From Phoronis australis (taxonomy: Eukaryota; Animalia; Phoronida): DNA of 64,000 nt. Shown in pieces: positions 57,577 through 64,000 of the stretch (its first letter is position 1; every line of letters begins with the position of its first letter). Below the pieces are notes generated by a model. It did not search any database. It was not told where the DNA came from and was given only the letters and a program-made list of their open reading frames with translations. The translations under genes were made by a program, and so were the position numbers. Location of the stretch: the NCBI GenBank assembly GCA_002633005.1, contig NMRA01000518.1:124001-188000 (forward strand). Direction: 5' to 3'.

Positions 57577-60500
57577 TATCATAATTATCACCAGGATCCT
57601 CATTGATATCAACACCACCATTATACACGTCGTCTCCATGCACCACCACCACCACCATCAGCGTCATCGTCATCATCTTCGTGATCATCATCAATCATCG
57701 TCGTCATCATCTCTAGCACAATCGCTACCGTCCCAATCACCTCAATCCCATCACCACTACCAAGATCATTCTCATCACCAGATTCATCACAAAACCACAA
57801 CGCATAGGCACCACCACGACCAGCATTGTCATGACCAATACGACGCCATCATTACTACTCAGCATCATGGCCACAATACCAACGCCCGTCACAACAACTA
57901 TGACCACTACTACCATCACACCCACGCCCGTCGCAACAACTATGACCACTACTACCATCACAACCACGCTCACCTTCACCATTAGCACTATGATCATGAC
58001 CACTACCAATGACGTCACCATCACTACAACCAAACCATCATTATTGGCGTTTCCTTGAATACTAGAGGTCTGGAATCGGACACTTTGGTTAATCATTTAG
58101 TTGGTGAACGTTCCGTTAAATGATTTACACTCGTAACGTCTTATTGCAGTTACAAAATAAAGGAGATAGACGAAATAGGTTGCGTAGCTCGAGGTTCCAA
58201 ATACATTTCACAGTTGTCGAAGTCGCGCGTGTATACCTACAAGAACTCAGACTACGAAATCATTCATAATGAAGACCATCTTCAGTATCCTTATTTGGTG
58301 TGCACTGTCGGTACAGGATTGAGTTATGTTAAGGTAATTGATATTTAAGAGTAAGCGTTGTACACATTTTTTAAATGCTTAAAAGCACATCTCTGCTCAC
58401 GGTCTCACATTTATGCTGAGCTATCAACTGTTATTGTTGAATAAGCACTGGTGAAAACAAATTCATTTTTCTAACGGTAACAGACCCTTAAGTGAGGTTA
58501 CGAACGTTCGTTATACCTAGGGATCGTATTCATTCAAACGTTAAGTCTATGAAGATTTAACTAATTACTAAATGCATATAGACGGATGGGTCTTAACACG
58601 ACCATTTCCTTCTACTTCGTGTTCTGAATTGCCAATCATAAACAAGGTTACTTCAGGGGCGGATCCAGGATTTTGAGTTGGGGGGAGGGGAAGGAGAGTT
58701 TTTGCCAGGATTTTGTCCCTCACACATTCGCAACCCCGAAGAATTTTAGGGGGGGGGGGCATGGCTCCCTTGNTGTACTTTCCAATACAAACTATTCAAA
58801 CGTTTCGATACGATAGGAAACCAATTTCGCTCTAAATGATCGTTCAGGGCATCAGCAAATATTACAATGAATCCAAATCTATTGCTTTTGGAAGAGATGA
58901 ACAACACTTCCCCTGATTCAAATCATTTGCAGATTCGCTCACAACTGCTATCACGCAAGGAAAATCTTAAGTTCAAGTTGTTAGAGTTAATAGCTCCATT
59001 TTATTTTTTTGCATTCAGGCAGTACGGGGGGAGGGGGTGGTGAAGTTTTAAGTGTCTATGAAGATTTAAAGACATTTGATCGTGCAAGTGCTGTTAACAT
59101 TCTCTGTGAAAATGTGTAGTTTTATTTTTTGGCATCCCACAAAGCATCGTTGACGTTATTTTGCAGGTGTCATCCGAGACTGATTACAGTTTGGTAGGTG
59201 GAGAACCGTGGAACGGAGACTCGTTTGTTGGACTAGGCAGTCTACTACTAAAAACTAATGTAAGTGCAATAGAAATGCTGAACGAATGAATTGCATTTTT
59301 AAGAGCTTTCAGACTTTAGAGTTTCGAATATTGATATCGTTGCCAGTGTTTATGCAGAAATGTAAAAAATTAGCCCTTAGAAAAATCGTCACCTTTAGAA
59401 ATACAACTAGAACTCACGGCCAAATATTTTTGTATCCGCCCTCTTCTATCAATGCAAGTTTTTGTAATGTTTATGTGAGAAGGTAATTATGAACTCACCT
59501 GGAGAGTAACGGTGACGGAGATAATAAAGTGCCATCATGTGAGCGTCTCTCTTACAGAACTATGATGTGCTGTTGGAAATGGCATCAGAAGGAGACTACA
59601 GAAACGTGCACAAAACAGTTGGGGACATGTTTGGTAAGGGGGGATATAAAGACTGGAACTTGAAGTCAGACATGTTGGCAGGATTCTTCTCAAAGTCAAA
59701 CGCAGGTGAAGTCGCTTTTCCTATGATAGTGTTTTTTGAAGCGTTCACAGTGTTTATCCATTTATGTTTTGTATTATAATAACCATCACAATGCTATGAT
59801 TGCCATTATCATCATCGTTGCTGTCGTCGCCGTCATCATCATCATCACCATCCTCATCGTTATCATCGTCATCATCATCATCATCATCATCACCGTCATC
59901 ATCATCACCATCATCATCATCACCGTCATTATCGTCATCACCATCATCATTATCATTATCATCGTTGTCATCATCGCTATCATTACCATGCATGACCGCT
60001 ACCACCACCACCACCATCGACACCACTATCGTCAGCACCACCACCACCATCGCCAATAACATCGCCACCACCACCATCAACATCATAGTCATCATCATCA
60101 TCGTTGCCATTGTCCCTAGCATCATCTCAATCATCATCATGATCATATTGGTTATATGACTCATGTTCACAAAGTTTGGTAAGTGAGCCCACCCGGTGAT
60201 TTATTAAATGTAAACCGTTTGTCATTCTAGTTGAGTGTACTCGAGAAGATCTTGCGCATGGCTTGTTGATACAACACGCTCGCTGTATCGGTAAGGCGGC
60301 TGGAGTGGAGGGTCAACTGTGTGGGGTTAAAGATATACTGTTTGTTGGCGGGTTCAGTAGGCCCACTCCGGAGTTCGTGTGGAACCTGATTATACCAATC
60401 CGCTTTTCAACTCAGGTAAAGTTAATCGTGATATTCGAAACCATATTTTTTAAAGTTGTATTTCGTCCCTGTTCAACTGCCAATGTTAAATTCTTAATCG

Positions 60501-61590
60501 AAGCGCTCTGGTTTGTATTAGAGCATTACCATCATCATCCGATCTTCAGTTAGTTTGGAAACTCAAGGTACAGGCAAAGCGGACAAGCGCCATTTTGAAT
60601 TCGCACATTTAAGGTTGGCCAACCGCAATAAATTCTGAATAGTTTGCTAGAGTCGCACATGGTTTCGATACTGTTTTTGGTCGAACGGAAATAGCAACAT
60701 GTCAGGGCAAGGAACATGAGGAGACTAATAAGACAGTTGAAGGTATGAAATGCAGCTTTAAAAATATCATTTTTGTCCAAAATTTACCGCTAGATGCTTT
60801 TGTACCGGCCGATTTCATTCAGCTTTGTATCTTGCAGGATTTAGTGCTTAGAATTTTTACTTTTAGACTTTCCTGCAGTCGTAGATTGTGATTTTTGAGC
60901 TTTTGAAGTGAATTCAAATCGAGTGCAGACACTGGGCCTAAATATCATGTCTACATTGTCACCAAATTTAGCCACTGTTTTGTTTATATGATACGCGACT
61001 CTTTACAGGAACAAATACGGCCATGGTTTACTCGCTTCGACAGATATGTCACCGTCATTGGAGCACTGTTTTCGACGACAAGCGATTGCGGTGAGTTTTT
61101 ATTTTCAGATAACTGATGCTAAACTCAAATAAAAATAGTTTGGGACATGCTTGTTCGGAGGGATTTAAAGTATACCTTACTGATGTTTGTATTTAATACT
61201 GAGTTCTACTGATATCAAAAATATTTATAACTTGAAATTGATGGGGTAGGCCTACCTAGGCAGTTGCATTTTTTAGAATTGGGTTTCTACGTTCCAAAAA
61301 CTTGGATGAAAATCCTTGACGTTGCCATTGCTATTTGTCGTTTCATTACATAGAGAAATAACCATTATCAACACATTTCACACGCGAGGAAATAATCTTT
61401 AAAAATTAGATCAGGCCGACACGTCATTTTACCTGAACTCAGTTTATACCGAGACCCATTTGTTGTACCCGGCAAAGTGATCCTGTTTTTCTTTCTGTTT
61501 TTCTGTTTTTCAGATGCATTACCGCATGAAATAGACATTGGTGAATTACATGTGTCGAATACGGAACTATTGCATGGTGCTATCGTGTGA
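54861..61590 (+). CDS. Divergent type II (Fumble-family) pantothenate-kinase-like protein, ~348 aa
   Basis: Exons 54861-54930 (duplicate 56068-56137), 55291-55334 (duplicate 56499-56542), 57122-57285, 58150-58333, 59167-59259, 59558-59705, 60231-60415, 61009-61090 and 61514-61590 join in frame. Motifs RLAIDIGGCHLKVAYF, IDEIGCVARG, YPYLVCTVGTGLS, LEMASEGDYRNV, REDLAHGLL, FVGGF and IGAL are collinear with PANK. Confidence 0.88.
56068..56137 (+). CDS. PanK-like exon 1 (MESIEIEGQSKASANFCRLAIDI)
   Basis: ATG, donor gtaagt; the other copy is at 54861-54930. Confidence 0.8.
56499..56542 (+). CDS. PanK-like exon 2 (GGCHLKVAYFGHGDD)
   Basis: ttttcag/gtaagt boundaries; the other copy is at 55291-55334. 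Confidence 0.8.
57122..57285 (+). CDS. PanK-like exon 3
   Basis: GKETIFMNIYLFDQLEELTKFI...ILLTGSHS; phase 0-2. Confidence 0.78.
57428..58040. repeat. Intronic (CAT/CAC)n trinucleotide low-complexity tract
   Basis: Pure (CAT)n at ~57513-57575 within a degenerate CAY/CAN array. Confidence 0.95.
58150..58333 (+). CDS. PanK-like exon 4 (catalytic DE motif)
   Basis: YKIKEIDEIGCVARGSKYI...YPYLVCTVGTGLSYVK; ttgcag/gtaatt boundaries. Confidence 0.88.
59167..59259 (+). CDS. PanK-like exon 5
   Basis: VSSETDYSLVGGEPWNGDSFVGLGSLLLKTN; ttgcag/gtaagt boundaries. Confidence 0.88.
59558..59705 (+). CDS. PanK-like exon 6
   Basis: NYDVLLEMASEGDYRNVHKTVGDMFG...MLAGFFSK. Confidence 0.88.
59780..60150. repeat. 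Intronic (CAT/CAC/CGT)n low-complexity tract
   Basis: Degenerate trinucleotide array between PanK-like exons 6 and 7. Confidence 0.95.
60231..60415 (+). CDS. PanK-like exon 7
   Basis: TREDLAHGLLIQHARCIG...ILFVGGFSR. Confidence 0.88.
61009..61090 (+). CDS. PanK-like exon 8
   Basis: EQIRPWFTRFDRYVTVIGALF, equivalent to the PANK ALFLEHEGYFGAVGALL segment. Confidence 0.85.
61514..61590 (+). CDS. PanK-like probable terminal exon (DALPHEIDIG...AIV*)
   Basis: Strong polypyrimidine tract with tttcag; in frame to TGA; no homology support. Confidence 0.6.
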
Positions 61591-62761
61591 AGAAGAGCAT
61601 AGTTTCATTTCAATGTTCTGCTTGTCTGGACAGTATGTTTCTTAATTGCACCACCAGGTGACGCCGGGGAAACGTTCATGGTGTGCCTTGTCGGAGACGA
61701 GGAATAATGACCCAAATCGAAGTCCACTGAGCGAGCCGATTCTGTATTTACAAGTTGTTGTTTGCTGCCTGAGCTTAGATATGCTAGGGCAATTTGAAAA
61801 CCAGACTTTTAAAGCAAACTGACTCATATTTGGAGCGTGCCTAACATCACTCACGTTCTTGAAGTAGCTCACATTGATCACGTCCTCGTTCGGACACCGG
61901 GCGCATTAATTTTCTGTTGCATTCACGACCTATTTTGTCCTGCAAGGGCAATATTACCAAACTAATTCGAACACGTCAGGCTCCATTATCCCGTTCCAGT
62001 GGTTCCAAAGTACGATGGCCTACATAACCAACGCAAAACGTCAAATTTCCGTAGTAGAAATATTTAAGCCCTTTTACTTTCGTAAAATCGATCTCATGAC
62101 ATTTCTCACTGACACAGAAGTCTATTTCTACAACCAACTCCAATCACAGGGAATGCGTACATGCACCATTTACAAATTTTCAACTATGGCGTTAACCATG
62201 CCCAATAAACTCTGAGGAGTTTTTTTGAGTCGATTATGGTTTCAATGTTCTTATCGGCAACAGAAATAGAATGATATCACGATAAGGAGTTTTACGAGAC
62301 CGATTTTACATGAGAGTAAAAAACCTAATTTGAGGTTCGATTTTTTCTACAGAGTAATATAAGTTAACTGATGATATCGGATACACAGCTAATCGTTATC
62401 ATCTACGCGATTTCTGCATATTTCAAACAAATCATTTATATGTGTTTCGTAATTTGTATTAGTCACACCTGCAAGATATTTAAATCACAAAAGTTTTTAT
62501 ACGAATGCTATCTGGGGACCACTTTGAAAAGAAAACGACCATCGATCAAACCGTATTCAAATTCAACGACCTCATGAACTTATTTAACATATTGCCTATT
62601 AGTGCAAGATACATGACTTGATAAGCACCGTAATTTGCTCACTTTTCCGAAAAAACTTCTTTGCTGAAAAGCGGCACTAAAACGCTGACCATTTTAGATA
62701 CTTGGAAGTTACAATGGTAAATCAGCAAGTATTTTGCTCCCCCACACAAGCACGCATACGC

Positions 62762-62781
62762 ACGCACACACACACACACAC

Positions 62782-62827
<46 letters not shown>

Positions 62828-62840
62828 AACACACGCACAC
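62762..62840. repeat. (CA)n microsatellite
   Basis: Direct reading. Confidence 0.97.
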
Positions 62841-62859
62841 GCATACAGTGAATATGTAT

Positions 62860-63125
62860 GTATATGTGTGTGGGCGCATTATGCATATAACTTGAGAACC
62901 AGTTTGATGCCCGTTGTTTAGTGGAGAGAACTGGTTCTATCCGACCATTACCTATTATGCCGTCATCTCGGTCTGTTCATCCATCCATGCTTCAGACAGG
63001 CGTCCGTCCGCCTAGCGTCTGCTGCTCTATCTCCTATACCGCGGCACGATTAAGTTTTAGAACGAATCGGATTACCAATTTACCCTCTTCGGTGTTCCTT
63101 GACGGATTTTCATGAAATTCGACAC
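62860..63125 (+). mobile_element. HINE-like fragment interrupted by a small palindromic element
   Basis: atatgtgtgtgggcgcattatgc...attatgccgtcatct...gtccgtccg...ggattttcatgaaatt matches the 5' end of the family. Confidence 0.55.
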
Positions 63126-63544
63126 ACTGGTATCCATTATAAGGATAGCAAACCCGGTTTTGGCCTATTAACAGATATCAACACAACTTTCCCATTTATG
63201 AATCAAAAGAATTATCTGTAACCATCTACAATCCTCGAAAGTTTGGAGAAAAACTTGAAAACTCATCACGAAGTTTACCAAACAGGCCTATTCTTTAAAC
63301 AAGTTACAGGACAACAATGGGGAAAGGCCACCCACCAGGAACCATAATGTTACTAATTTATGACTCAAAGAATATTAGAATTTAGTTAAACTCTGTTTTT
63401 ATCACACACGTGCGGCGCAAATGATACAAATTGCATCTACTGATACAGATTTTGACATTTTTCAGTTTTAAATAAACATTGGATGGTTTGAGAATGATTC
63501 ATTTTTAAACAGAATTCTCTATAATAACGTTCAACATGGCAGCT

Positions 63545-63898
63545 TACAATCAGACGCAGAGATATTTCAAGGCCTCATACTTGGTATTAACGGCGTATTT
63601 TTCATTCTTTACTTCCGCGAGCCACCTCTGAAGCATTTCAGGTTCTCAAGGAAATCAAAAAACGACATACCCGCCTTCTTCGCAGCTTCATGGTTCGCAC
63701 AAGGGCAAACGATACACCACACCACATTTGCACACACTCAGCTAAAGAACCACTGACGACATTACGTCGTGTACTCACCTTCTTCACAAGTTAACGCGAC
63801 ACCTCTCGGCGAGGTGAGATCGGCCGTATACGAGTTGACGTGGATATAAACCGATTAAGACGGTAAAAACGAATTATATCGGGTAACATTCTGGTTAA
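63545..63898 (-). mobile_element. Second, more decayed Kolobok-like/THAP fragment
   Basis: Clearly alignable to 43660-44008; minus strand reads WCIVCPCANHEAAKKAGMSFF-FP*EPEMLQRWLAEVKNEKY, with a frameshift and stops. Confidence 0.7.
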
Positions 63899-64000
63899 AC
63901 AGGTTGCAGAACGAGGATTGGTTGAAATCACTAACACAGGGCTCAATATCCTTTTAAGGAGACGGCAGTGCTTGATCGTTTTGGGATGGCTTTGACGTAA

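Noticed and set aside
58269-58322. Signal-peptide-like MKTIFSILIWCALSVQD*
   Set aside because: It is an alternative frame of PanK-like exon 4 and stops after 17 codons.
57407-60170. His-, Asp-, Met-, Thr- or Ile-rich ORFs
   Set aside because: These are translations of CAT/CAC microsatellites lying inside introns of the PanK-like gene.
61642-62215. Possible further coding exons downstream of the PanK-like gene
   Set aside because: The short open frames have no recognisable motif or consistent splice partners.

Overview
AT-rich, intron-rich animal genomic DNA, most likely an invertebrate bilaterian, with two scaffold gaps. Three spliced genes can be reconstructed by hand from GT-AG boundaries and frame continuity. 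(1) The 3' portion (263-39692, +) of a very large papilin-like extracellular-matrix gene. It has 14 Kunitz, 2 Kazal, 3 FN3, 1 antistasin-like, 1 Cys-rich, 1 lagrin repeat, 3 Ig and a terminal PLAC domain, almost all on symmetric phase-1 exons, several of them recently duplicated and shuffled. (2) A complete 8-exon prostaglandin reductase 2 (PTGR2) gene (41905-52285, -). (3) A complete but strongly diverged 9-exon type II pantothenate-kinase-like gene (54861-61590, +) that the ORF track misses; it keeps the DIGG motif and catalytic Glu but loses the substrate-binding Arg. Introns contain Helentron/HINE-type elements whose ~145-bp core repeats each carry a co-oriented CTCF-consensus motif in an a-b-c higher-order array. 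They also contain a TRIM-like LTR element, a Kolobok-like element with a decayed THAP domain, Penelope remnants, MITEs and minisatellites, several of which duplicate splice sites. Two near-identical tandem blocks next to N gaps are probably uncollapsed haplotypes. All calls are from reading the sequence; no database searches were run.
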